Below, one piece after another: positions 17,999 to 26,946 of a DNA stretch of 28,762 nt. The translations under genes were made by a program, and so were the position numbers. The stretch comes from Candidatus Eiseniibacteriota bacterium (GTDB lineage: Bacteria > Eisenbacteria > RBG-16-71-46 > JABDJR01 > JAWXBZ01), in the NCBI GenBank assembly GCA_034440375.1, contig JAWXBZ010000229.1, positions 1 through 28,762 of the forward strand, written 5' to 3'. How positions within the stretch are numbered: the first letter of the stretch is position 1; every line of letters starts with the position of its first letter. The notes below the pieces were generated by a model, which saw only the letters and a list, made by a program, of their open reading frames with translations, made no database searches and was not told where the DNA came from.

Positions 17999-20196
17999 TG
18001 TCTCCAGGACCGTTGACGGGCCAACTCCGGAGGTGGCGGCACGCGACAGGAGTTTTCGCGGCCGCGGGCATTCTCGGCCTGGCCAGCCTCGCAGGGGCCG
18101 TCGAAACGAAGCAGTGGTTCACCAGCGGCCGCGAAGCGTTCCTGGCGGCCACCCTGGAATCGCTGTCGGTATCCAGCGAGGGAATCGTTCGGGTGGCGCC
18201 GGCGCTCGAACCGGTCAGCGGGATCGAGGTCGCCTACGTCTGGTCACTCCTCTCCGATCCGTCCGGAAGCGTCTGGGCCGGTACCGGAAACAGCGGCGAG
18301 ATTTTCCGGATCGACGGACTCGCCGCCCTGCGCATCCACGATCCGGTGGCCCTGCAGGTCGAGTCCATGGCGATCGACCCCAAAGGAGGAGTCCTTGTCG
18401 GCACGGCGCCCGACGGCACGATCCTGTCAGTGGGCAAAGATGGCGTGGCCGAGACGCGTGTCGATCTCCCCTCGCAGCATGTGTGGGGGTTCGGCATCGA
18501 CACGGCGGGACGCCTGCTTCTGGCCACCGGCGAGCCGGCGCGCCTCTATCGTGTCGATCAAAGGGGCGAAGCCACGCTCATATTCGAGGCTGATGCGGAT
18601 CACTTCACCGCCCTCGTCCTGGATGGGGATGTCATTTATCTCGGCGATGATCGCAAGGGGCTGATCTGGCGGATCGATGAAAACGGTCAGGCGCGCATTC
18701 TCTATGACGCGGCCGAGGTCGAGGTACGCGCCCTCTCGATCGGGGCCGACGGCTCGATTTACGCGGCCGTGAATCGGGACATCGCGGAGACCCTTGGTGC
18801 CACGAGCGGTACGGCGGCCGCTTCGGGTGGTGGCACCAGCACGGTCGTCGGCACCGGCACCCGCCGGGAAGGAAGCACGACGGCCGTCGGCCCGGCCGTT
18901 TATCGGATCCGGCCGGATGGCGCCGTGGAATCGCTCTGGACCTGTCCGGATGCCACCATCCAGGCGATGATCGAGGGGCCCGACGGCTCGCTCCTCATAG
19001 GCACCGGCGGTCTCGCGGGTGGCATTTACCGCCTGGAGCCGACCACGCGTGACTGGAGTCTCCTCAGCCGACCGAAGGCGCCGCAGGTTCTGGCACTGGC
19101 CCGCGTCGGCGACACGCTCTACCTGGCCACGGGCGCGCCGGGGCGGGTCTATCGCGCCGGCCTCACGGGCAGTCCGGTCGGAAAACTCCTCTCGATCGTT
19201 CACGACGCACGGCAGGTTTCCGACTGGGGCGTGGTCCGCTGGGATCACGAGAAGGCTCCTGGCGGCCAGCTGACGGTGCGGACAAGAACCGGCAACACCG
19301 CCGTGCCCGACGACACCTGGAGTCCGTGGTCGGCGCCGCTTTCGGACGCCACCGGATCACCCATCGCGAGCCCGGCTGCCCGATTCGTCCAGTGGGAGGC
19401 CATCCTGGCCCGCGGCGCCGCATTGAGCGGCGTGACCCTGACCTGGGCCGAGAAGAACCTGCCGCCGACGATCACCCGGGTGACCGTGTCGGCCGCCGGC
19501 GCCGCGCTCCAGCGTGGCGGCGACAGCGGCGGCCCGCAACCGGTGGTCCAGGCACTGCCAGGCAATGTTCGAGCCGAGTTCTCGGTGACGACGCAAGGGA
19601 GCCGCCGCGAGGCCAACGACGAGGAGGCAAGCTGGGCGCGGCGCTATCGCACCATCCGCTGGGAGGCGGCCGACCCGAACGATGACGTGCTTCGTTACCG
19701 TCTCGACTACCGGGCCCGGGGTGAGTCGGAGTGGCGCCTGCTGGAGGCCAAGCTCACCGATCCGATCTACGTCCTCGACACGACGCGTCTGCCCGACGGT
19801 GAATGGGGTGTCCGCGTGTCGGCTCTGGATGCCCCGGACAATTCGCCCGGGGAGGAACTTGACGCTCTTCGCGAGTCGGAGTTTTTCCTGGTCGACAATG
19901 CGCCCCCGGTCATCGAGGCACTGACCGTCACGTCCCGAGGCGACTCGATTTCCGTTGACGCCCGATTCCGCGATTCGGCTGGCCCGCTCAAGGAGGCCGA
20001 GTTCTCACTGGACGGATCGGATTGGCGCCGGATGTTGCCGCTGGACCGCGTCTGGGACGAACGATCCGAGGAAGTCCGGGTCACCCTTGCCCGGCCGGTG
20101 ACGGAGGGGGGCGACCTCCTGATTCGTGCGTACGACGGGAACGGGAACAAGGGGGTCGGTCGTCAGCCGCTCCCCGCGGCGGCGGGCAACAGGTAG
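17998..20196 (+). CDS. Secreted beta-propeller (WD40/NHL-like) protein with C-terminal beta-sandwich domains, 732 aa
   Basis: ATG 17998 overlaps the S55 stop (TGATG) with a GGAGG RBS. Signal peptide ends ...AGA. Repeated blades (VWSL..D..G.VWAGTG..G.IFRI; V.SMAID..G.VLVGT..DG.I). C-terminal W.A.D.N.D.L.Y, LPDG.W..RV.A.D and DN.PP.I. Confidence 0.75.
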   Translation: MSPGPLTGQLRRWRHATGVFAAAGILGLASLAGAVETKQWFTSGREAFLAATLESLSVSSEGIVRVAPALEPVSGIEVAYVWSLLSDPSGSVWAGTGNSGEIFRIDGLAALRIHDPVALQVESMAIDPKGGVLVGTAPDGTILSVGKDGVAETRVDLPSQHVWGFGIDTAGRLLLATGEPARLYRVDQRGEATLIFEADADHFTALVLDGDVIYLGDDRKGLIWRIDENGQARILYDAAEVEVRALSIGADGSIYAAVNRDIAETLGATSGTAAASGGGTSTVVGTGTRREGSTTAVGPAVYRIRPDGAVESLWTCPDATIQAMIEGPDGSLLIGTGGLAGGIYRLEPTTRDWSLLSRPKAPQVLALARVGDTLYLATGAPGRVYRAGLTGSPVGKLLSIVHDARQVSDWGVVRWDHEKAPGGQLTVRTRTGNTAVPDDTWSPWSAPLSDATGSPIASPAARFVQWEAILARGAALSGVTLTWAEKNLPPTITRVTVSAAGAALQRGGDSGGPQPVVQALPGNVRAEFSVTTQGSRREANDEEASWARRYRTIRWEAADPNDDVLRYRLDYRARGESEWRLLEAKLTDPIYVLDTTRLPDGEWGVRVSALDAPDNSPGEELDALRESEFFLVDNAPPVIEALTVTSRGDSISVDARFRDSAGPLKEAEFSLDGSDWRRMLPLDRVWDERSEEVRVTLARPVTEGGDLLIRAYDGNGNKGVGRQPLPAAAGNR

Positions 20197-20203
20197 CCGG
20201 GCG

Positions 20204-21247
20204 ATGATGAGTCGGATTGGCGATCACCACGGTGTGAACGTGGCCGTGGTCGGGGCAACCGGCGCCGTGGGCGAGGAGATGCGTCGGTTGCTCCTCGAGC
20301 GCCGATTTCCCGTCCATCAACTCCGTTTCCTTGCCTCACCCCGCTCGGCCGGCCGGACCATCCCATTCGGAGACCGGGAAATCGTCGTCGAGGCGCTGGA
20401 GGCGAGTTCATTCGCCGGCGTACAGCTGGCTCTCTTCTCGGCCGGCGCCACGGTCAGCCGCGAGTGGGGGCCACGGGCGGTGGCCGCGGGCGCCCTGGTT
20501 GTCGACAATTCGAGTGCCTTCCGGATGGATCCTGGAACGACGCTCATCGTCCCGGAAATCAACGGCCATCGCGTGCCACCCCCGCCGGCTCTGATCGCCA
20601 ACCCGAACTGTTCCACCATCCAGATGGTGATGGCCCTGGCCCCGCTCCACCGGCAATTCGGCCTTTCAAGGGTCATTGTCGCCACCTATCAGTCGACATC
20701 GGGCGCCGGCCGCCAGGCCATGAACGAACTTGATTCGGGCACTCGCGGATTCCTGGCCGGTGACGAGCCGGCACCCGAGAAGTTTCCCCGGCCCATCGCC
20801 TTCAATCTCGTGCCGCAGGTCGACGAGTTCGACCGGCTCGACTACACCAAGGAAGAATGGAAAATGGTCGACGAAACGCGCAAAATTCTGGAATTGCCCG
20901 ACCTGCCGGTCACGGCCACCTGCGTGCGCGTGCCGGTGCATCGGGGCCACTCGGAGGTCGTCTGGGCGCGCTTCGACCGGCCCGTCGATGTGGCCGGGGC
21001 CCGGGCCGCGCTGACCGCCTTCCCGGGTGTCGTCGTCGAAGACGATCCGGGGGCGAAACGATTCCCGACCCCGCGTTCCGCCAGCGGGCTCGATCCGGTG
21101 TTCGTCGGGCGCCTCCGCATCGATCCAACCGACGAGAAGGCACTGGTCTTCTGGGTCGTTGCGGACAATCTCCTGAAGGGCGCGGCGCTCAATGCGATTC
21201 AGATCGCCGAGGCTGTCTTTGGCGGAGTCAGGCAACCGGCATCATGA
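20204..21247 (+). CDS. asd: Aspartate-semialdehyde dehydrogenase
   Basis: VAVVGATGAVG, VVDNSSAFRM, ANPNCSTIQ, YQSTSGAG, TCVRVPV..GHSE and DNLLKGAALNAIQIAE motifs. Start placed at ATG 20204 (20207 also possible). Confidence 0.96.
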   Translation: MMSRIGDHHGVNVAVVGATGAVGEEMRRLLLERRFPVHQLRFLASPRSAGRTIPFGDREIVVEALEASSFAGVQLALFSAGATVSREWGPRAVAAGALVVDNSSAFRMDPGTTLIVPEINGHRVPPPPALIANPNCSTIQMVMALAPLHRQFGLSRVIVATYQSTSGAGRQAMNELDSGTRGFLAGDEPAPEKFPRPIAFNLVPQVDEFDRLDYTKEEWKMVDETRKILELPDLPVTATCVRVPVHRGHSEVVWARFDRPVDVAGARAALTAFPGVVVEDDPGAKRFPTPRSASGLDPVFVGRLRIDPTDEKALVFWVVADNLLKGAALNAIQIAEAVFGGVRQPAS

Positions 21248-21939
21248 TCGAGATCCTGCTGCATGGCGCCTCGGGGCGAATGGGGCGGTGCCTCCGCCTT
21301 CGAGCGGCCGAGCGGCCGGGGGAGTTCGGCGTGGCGGGCCTGGTCGATGCCCGGAATCCCGGAGACTTCAAGGCGCAGCTCGATGCCCACCCGGGCGCGG
21401 TCGTCATCGATTTTTCCCTCGCGTCGGCGATGCCGGAACTTCTCGGAATCCTGATCGATCGGCGACATCCACTGGTAAGCGGCACCACCGGGCTTTCGGA
21501 TGACGACCGGAGCGGACTAGCACAACTGGCCATGACCGTAGCTGTTGTGTGGGCGCCGAACATGGGGCTGGGAATTCCACTCCTGACCTACCTGGTTCGC
21601 GAGGCCGCGCGCCTTCTGCCTTCAGCCGACGCGGCCATCGTGGAAACGCATCACCGGTACAAGAAGGATCGTCCCAGCGGCACGGCCCAACGGCTGGCCG
21701 AGGCCATCGGGCGCCCGGCGGAGATGCATTCGCTCCGGTTAGGCGAAGTGGTCGGGGAGCATCAGGTGGAACTGGCATTCGGCGGGGAGCGATTGACGCT
21801 GACTCATCGGGCCCTGTCTCGTGATGTATTCGCCGACGGGGCGCTGGCGGCGGCCCGGTTTGCGGTGGCCGCGCCGCCGGGAGTTCATGACATGGAAGCG
21901 GTCCTGGCCGGGGCAGCCCTCAAGGAGTTGACGCAATGA
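21244..21939 (+). CDS. dapB: 4-hydroxy-tetrahydrodipicolinate reductase
   Basis: GASGRMG, VIDFS, VSGTTG, APNM, ETHHRYKKDRPSGTA, HSLR.G.VVGEH and FADGAL motifs. ATGA overlap with asd. Confidence 0.93.
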   Translation: MIEILLHGASGRMGRCLRLRAAERPGEFGVAGLVDARNPGDFKAQLDAHPGAVVIDFSLASAMPELLGILIDRRHPLVSGTTGLSDDDRSGLAQLAMTVAVVWAPNMGLGIPLLTYLVREAARLLPSADAAIVETHHRYKKDRPSGTAQRLAEAIGRPAEMHSLRLGEVVGEHQVELAFGGERLTLTHRALSRDVFADGALAAARFAVAAPPGVHDMEAVLAGAALKELTQ

Positions 21940-23099
21940 GTCTGACAGCCCGGCGGGTGCTCGATCTTCCACCGTACATGTTTGCCGAGATTGACCGGGT
22001 CAAGCGCCGGATGCTCGATGAGGGACACCGTCTTCTCGATTTCGGAGTCGGTGACCCCGACCAGCCGACGCCTCCCTTCATCGTCGAGGCGATGATCGAG
22101 GCCGCCCGGTTGCCCCGTCACCATCGCTACCCCGGCTATGCCGGCATGAAGTCGTTTCGCCAGGCGGCCGCCGACTGGTGCGAGAAGCGGCACGGCGTCC
22201 TTGCCGATCCCGACAGCGAGGTTCTCGCACTGATCGGCTCCAAGGAGGGTATTTCGCACCTCCCCCTGGCCCTCATTGATCCGGGTGATCTGGTTCTCGT
22301 CACCGACCCCGGCTATCCCGTCTACGTCAACTCAATCCGTTTCGCCGGCGGCCTTGTGGCGCTCGTGCCGCTGTCCGATGAGAACCAGTGGCTGCCCGAC
22401 CTCTCGGCCATCGATCCCGCCCTGGCGGATCGGGCCAGGATGATGATCGTCAATTACCCGAACAATCCGATCGGTGCCACGGCCGATCGTGAGTTCTTTG
22501 AGCGGCTCATTGCCTGGGCGAAGAAGCACGACGTTTTCCTGATGCATGACGCGGCCTACATCGAGGTCGGCTACGACGGTTGGCGTCCGCCCAGCCTGCT
22601 CTCCCTTCCAGGCGGAAAGGATGTCGGCATCGAGTTCCACTCCCTGTCGAAAACGTTCAACATGACCGGCTGGCGCATCGGTTTCGCCGTGGGAAATCCG
22701 GAGGCGATCAAGGCGCTGGCCACGGTCAAGACGCAGATCGATTCCGGCGTTTTCGAGCCCGTGCAGGTGGCGGCCACCATCGCCTACCGTCAGGGTGAGT
22801 CTGCACTGGCCGACATCCTGGCCATCTACCAGCGTCGGCGGGACCGGCTGGTGCCGGCGCTCCGCGCGCTCGGCCTGGATGCCATGAGCCCGCGTGGAGC
22901 GTTCTACATCTGGACGCGCGTACCGGCCGGGGAAAGCTCGGCCGGGTTTGCCCGACGCCTGCTGGAAAACTCCGGTGTCGTTGTCATGCCCGGGACCGGC
23001 TTCGGGGCCCGCGGCGAAGGGTGGTTCCGCTTCTCGCTCACGGTGGCCGACGTTCAGATCGACGAGCTGCTGTCGGTCCTGCCGAAAGCGCTGGGCTAG
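21936..23099 (+). CDS. dapL: LL-diaminopimelate aminotransferase (class I/II PLP aminotransferase)
   Basis: LPPYMFAEID, GVGDPD.PTP, LIGSKEGI, PGYPVY, NYPNNP, HDAAY and EFHSLSKTFNMTGWRIGF motifs. Coupled to dapB. Confidence 0.82.
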   Translation: MSLTARRVLDLPPYMFAEIDRVKRRMLDEGHRLLDFGVGDPDQPTPPFIVEAMIEAARLPRHHRYPGYAGMKSFRQAAADWCEKRHGVLADPDSEVLALIGSKEGISHLPLALIDPGDLVLVTDPGYPVYVNSIRFAGGLVALVPLSDENQWLPDLSAIDPALADRARMMIVNYPNNPIGATADREFFERLIAWAKKHDVFLMHDAAYIEVGYDGWRPPSLLSLPGGKDVGIEFHSLSKTFNMTGWRIGFAVGNPEAIKALATVKTQIDSGVFEPVQVAATIAYRQGESALADILAIYQRRRDRLVPALRALGLDAMSPRGAFYIWTRVPAGESSAGFARRLLENSGVVVMPGTGFGARGEGWFRFSLTVADVQIDELLSVLPKALG

Positions 23100-23111
23100 G
23101 GGCGCCGCGCG

Positions 23112-23936
23112 TTGTCCCTCCCCCTGATTCATCCACTTACCACCGTCGCCGACATTCAGGCGGCTGTCGATCTGCAAAAAAAGGTGTGGCAGGCACAGGA
23201 CCGTGATCTGGTGCCGGTCACGGAAGTCATCGCGGCCCGCGAAAACGGTGGCATCGTTCTCGGCGCCCGGGACGGGGGCCGGATGGTCGGCTTTGTCTTC
23301 TCGATGGTCGGCCGGCGCGAGGGGCAAACCTACCAGTACAGCCGAATGCTGGCGGTCGATCCGGAATGGCGCGGGCGGGGACTCGGTGTTCGGTTGAAAC
23401 TGGCCCAGAAGGCCGCCGCCCTCGCCCTGGGAGACCGCCGGATGGAATGGACTTTCGATCCGCTGGAAGGACGAAATGCCGCTCTCAACCTGCACCGACT
23501 CGGCGCGCGTGTCTGCCACTACTATCGCGATTTCTACGGGGCCCGAACCAGCCGGTTCGATCTTGGGATTCCAACCGACCGATTGCGCGCCGAATGGGAT
23601 TTGACCCGGGACGTTGAATCGACCGGACCGGAACCTCATGAATTGCCTCGCGGCCTTGTCGGGTTCGTTGCCTCCAGCCAGGATCCGCTGGCCGGGCCGG
23701 GCGAGTATCAACCCCCGCTACCCGACTCTGAATACTGGATCCCTGTTCCGATCCCCTTTCAGCCCATCCGTGAAGAGGCTCCGGGCCAGGCGCTCGCCTG
23801 GCGGATGTCGCTCCGCGAGGCCTTCGAGGCGGCGTTCGCCCTTGGACTTGTTGGTGTCGATTTTCAGGCGCCAACCACCGCGGGTGTCGGGCACGGATAC
23901 TATCGCCTGCGTCCCCCGCATTCGGGAAACGCCTGA
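23112..23936 (+). CDS. GNAT-family N-acyltransferase (putative D-amino acid N-succinyltransferase)
   Basis: GGIVLGA, YS.MLAV.PEWRGRGLG..LK.AQ, WTFDPL..RNA.LN..RLGA, DFYG and TDRL..EW motifs. TTG start; directly upstream of NSAR/OSBS. Confidence 0.82.
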   Translation: MSLPLIHPLTTVADIQAAVDLQKKVWQAQDRDLVPVTEVIAARENGGIVLGARDGGRMVGFVFSMVGRREGQTYQYSRMLAVDPEWRGRGLGVRLKLAQKAAALALGDRRMEWTFDPLEGRNAALNLHRLGARVCHYYRDFYGARTSRFDLGIPTDRLRAEWDLTRDVESTGPEPHELPRGLVGFVASSQDPLAGPGEYQPPLPDSEYWIPVPIPFQPIREEAPGQALAWRMSLREAFEAAFALGLVGVDFQAPTTAGVGHGYYRLRPPHSGNA

Positions 23937-25069
23937 TGATGACCATCGACCGCGTGCGTCTGCATGACATCGCCCTGCCGCTGCTCTTTCCCTTTCGTAC
24001 CTCGTTCGGCGTGACGACGACGCGTGAAACCATGCTGGTCGAGGTGTCCGGCGATGGTGTGACCGGCTGGGGTGAACTGACCGCGCACGACCGACCGAAT
24101 TTCTCGGGCGAGACCCTCGAAACGGCGCGGCATCTCATGACGGACTTCCTGATACCGACCCTGCTGAGCGGGGATGGGTCGGGCCCGGGCCGCTGGGCCA
24201 CGCCGGATGACTTCCTCGCGGCCACCGGCTGGGTGCGCGGGCATCCGATGGCTCGTGCGGCGCTCGAGGGGGCGCTGCTGGATTGGGACGCCACGACTCG
24301 CGCCGAGTCGCTGGCTCACTATCTTGGCGGCTCCCGGGCACGTGTGCCGGTCGGTGTCAGCCTCGGCATCGAGTCCTCGATCGAGGCCCTGCTCGAACGC
24401 ATTGACCAGTTCCACGACCGGGGGTATCAAAGGATCAAGCTCAAGGTCAAACCGGGCTGGGATGTGGACGTTCTTGAGGCAGTCCGTGGCCGATACCCCT
24501 CGATGCCGCTGACGGTGGATGCCAACGCGGCCTACACGGCGCGCGACATGGACCATCTTCGGGAGTTCGATCGGTATCGACTGACCTATCTCGAGCAACC
24601 GTTGCCACACGACGACCTGGTCGATCACGCCCGGCTCCAGCGTCTCCTGGCCACGGACATCTGCCTGGACGAAAGCATCGACGGACCGGCGGCCTGCCGT
24701 TCGGCGCTGGCACTCGGGAGCGGGCGGGTGGTCAACATCAAGTTGGGCCGGGTCGGTGGCCATCGTGCCGCACGGACCATCCACGATCTTTGCCAGGGGG
24801 CCGGATTGCCGGTATGGTGCGGGGGAATGCTGGAAACCGGCATTGGACGGGCGCACAACGTGGCGATGGCCTCGCAGGCCAATTTCCTCCTGCCCGGAGA
24901 TATCTCCGCCAGCGACCGCTACTGGAAGGAGGATCTGATCGATCCGCCATTCCGGCTGGAAGCGGATGGCACGTTGGCGGTGCCGACGGGTCCCGGCATC
25001 GGCGTCGCGGTCGTCGAGGAACGCCTGCACCGGGCGCGCACGCGGTTGACCGGGTTTCCGAGCCGATGA
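23936..25069 (+). CDS. menC: o-succinylbenzoate synthase / N-succinylamino acid racemase (enolase superfamily)
   Basis: PFRTSFG, IKLKVKPG (KxK), DANAAY, EQP, CLDES, NIKLGRVGG, WCGGMLETGIGRAHN and GDISASDRYW motifs. The GNAT neighbour favours an NSAR role; no other men genes in the window. Confidence 0.88.
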   Translation: MMTIDRVRLHDIALPLLFPFRTSFGVTTTRETMLVEVSGDGVTGWGELTAHDRPNFSGETLETARHLMTDFLIPTLLSGDGSGPGRWATPDDFLAATGWVRGHPMARAALEGALLDWDATTRAESLAHYLGGSRARVPVGVSLGIESSIEALLERIDQFHDRGYQRIKLKVKPGWDVDVLEAVRGRYPSMPLTVDANAAYTARDMDHLREFDRYRLTYLEQPLPHDDLVDHARLQRLLATDICLDESIDGPAACRSALALGSGRVVNIKLGRVGGHRAARTIHDLCQGAGLPVWCGGMLETGIGRAHNVAMASQANFLLPGDISASDRYWKEDLIDPPFRLEADGTLAVPTGPGIGVAVVEERLHRARTRLTGFPSR

Positions 25070-25088
25070 CGCCGGTGGAGAAAAGCCA

Positions 25089-25622
25089 ATGGTCGAGTTG
25101 AAAGCCATCCTCGAAGTTTTTTTCGTCTTTGCCCGGGCGGGCCTCATGGCCTGGGGGGGCGGCCCGTCCATGATCCCCCTGATCCGCGCCGAAACGATCC
25201 GCCATGGATGGTTGACCGACATCGAGTTCCTTGATGCCCTCGCCATGGGAAATGCTCTCCCCGGACCCATCGCCACCAAGTTGTCCGGCTATGTGGGCTA
25301 TCGCGTGGCCGGGGTGCCCGGCGCGGTGGCCGCGACGATCGGCATGGCTTTCCCGACGGTCGTGCTCATCCTTCTGGTGGCCGGGGTTTACCTCCGTTTC
25401 AAGGAGGCGCCATGGATGCAGTCGGTCATGACCGGACTGCGCCCGGCCGCCGTTGCGTTGTTGATCGCCACGATCGTCGAAGTATGGCCCGCCTCCATGG
25501 GGGGGTGGCGCCCCGTCCTGATCGGCGGGGCCACGCTCGTGGCCCTTCTCGGTTTTCATGTGCATCCGGCGCTGGCCATCGTCGGTGCCGGACTTTTCGG
25601 TTTTGCGCTGGGGCCCAGGTGA
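25089..25622 (+). CDS. chrA: Short-chain chromate ion transporter (CHR family)
   Basis: GL.AWGGG, WLT..EF.D..A....LPGPIAT....YVGY and GLRP.AVAL motifs; 177 aa; GGAG RBS. Confidence 0.88.
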   Translation: MVELKAILEVFFVFARAGLMAWGGGPSMIPLIRAETIRHGWLTDIEFLDALAMGNALPGPIATKLSGYVGYRVAGVPGAVAATIGMAFPTVVLILLVAGVYLRFKEAPWMQSVMTGLRPAAVALLIATIVEVWPASMGGWRPVLIGGATLVALLGFHVHPALAIVGAGLFGFALGPR

Positions 25623-26932
25623 CTCCGGCCAAATTTCTTCCGCCTTTGCCGGGTGGCCCCTTCCTCGTGGCCGTGGCAATTCTCGCCGCGGCCTTCCTGA
25701 TCCTCGGAATGCTGCCATGGTCACGGGCCGGCACCCTCTGGCGCCCCTCACGGCCGGCCCTCGAACAGCGCGCTGCCGCCAACTGGGACGGTGACCTGAT
25801 CCAGAAGGGAAAGGATTACCGCTCGAACGGATACGGCCGCTACTTCTTTCGCAAGGGATTCATCGGACTGCTTCTCGTCCTGGTTATCGTTGCCGGCTGG
25901 CATCGGTACCTCCGCCTGCTCCCCGGGACCGGTGGCGTTGTTGGAATGACGGCGGCATTGGTCCTAACGCTCGCCATCCTCGATCTGGTTCATCTGCCAT
26001 TCGGGCTGGCCGCCTGGGACAACGCCCGGCGCGTCGGCCTGTCGACGCAGGGAATTGGGAGCTGGCTTCTCGATTGGGCCAAAGCGATTCTCCTCGACTG
26101 GCCGTTCACCGCACTGGTGGGAGCCGTGCTCTTCTTCCTGATTGCGAGGATGCCGCGGATCTGGCCCTTGCCGGCCACGCTCCTGGCCGGTGCCGGGGGA
26201 GTCATCCTCATCCTGCTGGTGCCGCTGGTCATCGATCCATTGTTCAACAAGTTCACCCCGCTCGTCGATCCGAAGTTGTCCGCCTCATTCCTGGAGTTGG
26301 CCAGGAAGGGGGGCGTGCCGGCCCAGGAGGTACTGGTGAGCGACGCCAGTCGTCGAACGACCGCCGTCAACGCCTACTTCACGGGCATCGGCCCGACGCG
26401 ACGGATCGTCGTGTTCGACACGATGATCGAGAAACTGACTCCGAAGGAGTCGGAACTGGTCCTGGCCCACGAGGTCGGCCACTGGGCCCGGAATCACATC
26501 GTCCTGGGCCTCGTCCTGGGAACACTTGGACTCGGCGTCGGCCTTCTGCTCTTCCAGGCGCTGACGGGGCACTTTGTCCGCCATCGCTGGTTCGGAATCA
26601 ACGGACCGCTCGACCCCGCGGCGGCACCCGTCTATGTACTGCTGTACTGGCTCGGCCTCTTTCTGGCGATGCCCCTGGAAAATGGCATCAGTCGGAAATT
26701 CGAGAGAGAGGCGGATCAGTTTGCGCTCGATCTGACCCGGGATCCGGTCACCCAGTTGAAGGTTGAGGTGAGCCTGGCCCGCACCAACCTGTCGGACGTC
26801 GTACCGCCGCCCTTCATCGAGGCCCTTCTGTATACTCATCCCAAGACCCTCGACCGGATGACACATGCGCAGGAGTGGGCGGCGGCTCATGGAGTTCCCC
26901 TCGAACCCGCCGATCCGATCACCAATCCCTGA
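25619..26932 (+). CDS. M48 family metallopeptidase (Ste24-like)
   Basis: GTG 25619 overlaps the chrA stop. Multi-TM N-terminus, GLSTQ....W..D, P.FNKFTP, NAYFTG.G...RIV.FDT, AHEVGH, SR.FE.EAD and THP motifs. Confidence 0.9.
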   Translation: MTPAKFLPPLPGGPFLVAVAILAAAFLILGMLPWSRAGTLWRPSRPALEQRAAANWDGDLIQKGKDYRSNGYGRYFFRKGFIGLLLVLVIVAGWHRYLRLLPGTGGVVGMTAALVLTLAILDLVHLPFGLAAWDNARRVGLSTQGIGSWLLDWAKAILLDWPFTALVGAVLFFLIARMPRIWPLPATLLAGAGGVILILLVPLVIDPLFNKFTPLVDPKLSASFLELARKGGVPAQEVLVSDASRRTTAVNAYFTGIGPTRRIVVFDTMIEKLTPKESELVLAHEVGHWARNHIVLGLVLGTLGLGVGLLLFQALTGHFVRHRWFGINGPLDPAAAPVYVLLYWLGLFLAMPLENGISRKFEREADQFALDLTRDPVTQLKVEVSLARTNLSDVVPPPFIEALLYTHPKTLDRMTHAQEWAAAHGVPLEPADPITNP

Positions 26933-26946
26933 CGGAGAGACAATTC

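Noticed and set aside
25066-25101. Mini-ORF MTPVEKSQWSS coupled to the menC stop, or a frameshifted chrA N-terminus
   Set aside because: chrA has its own RBS and a normal-length N-terminus from 25089, so there is no evidence for a frameshift or leader peptide.
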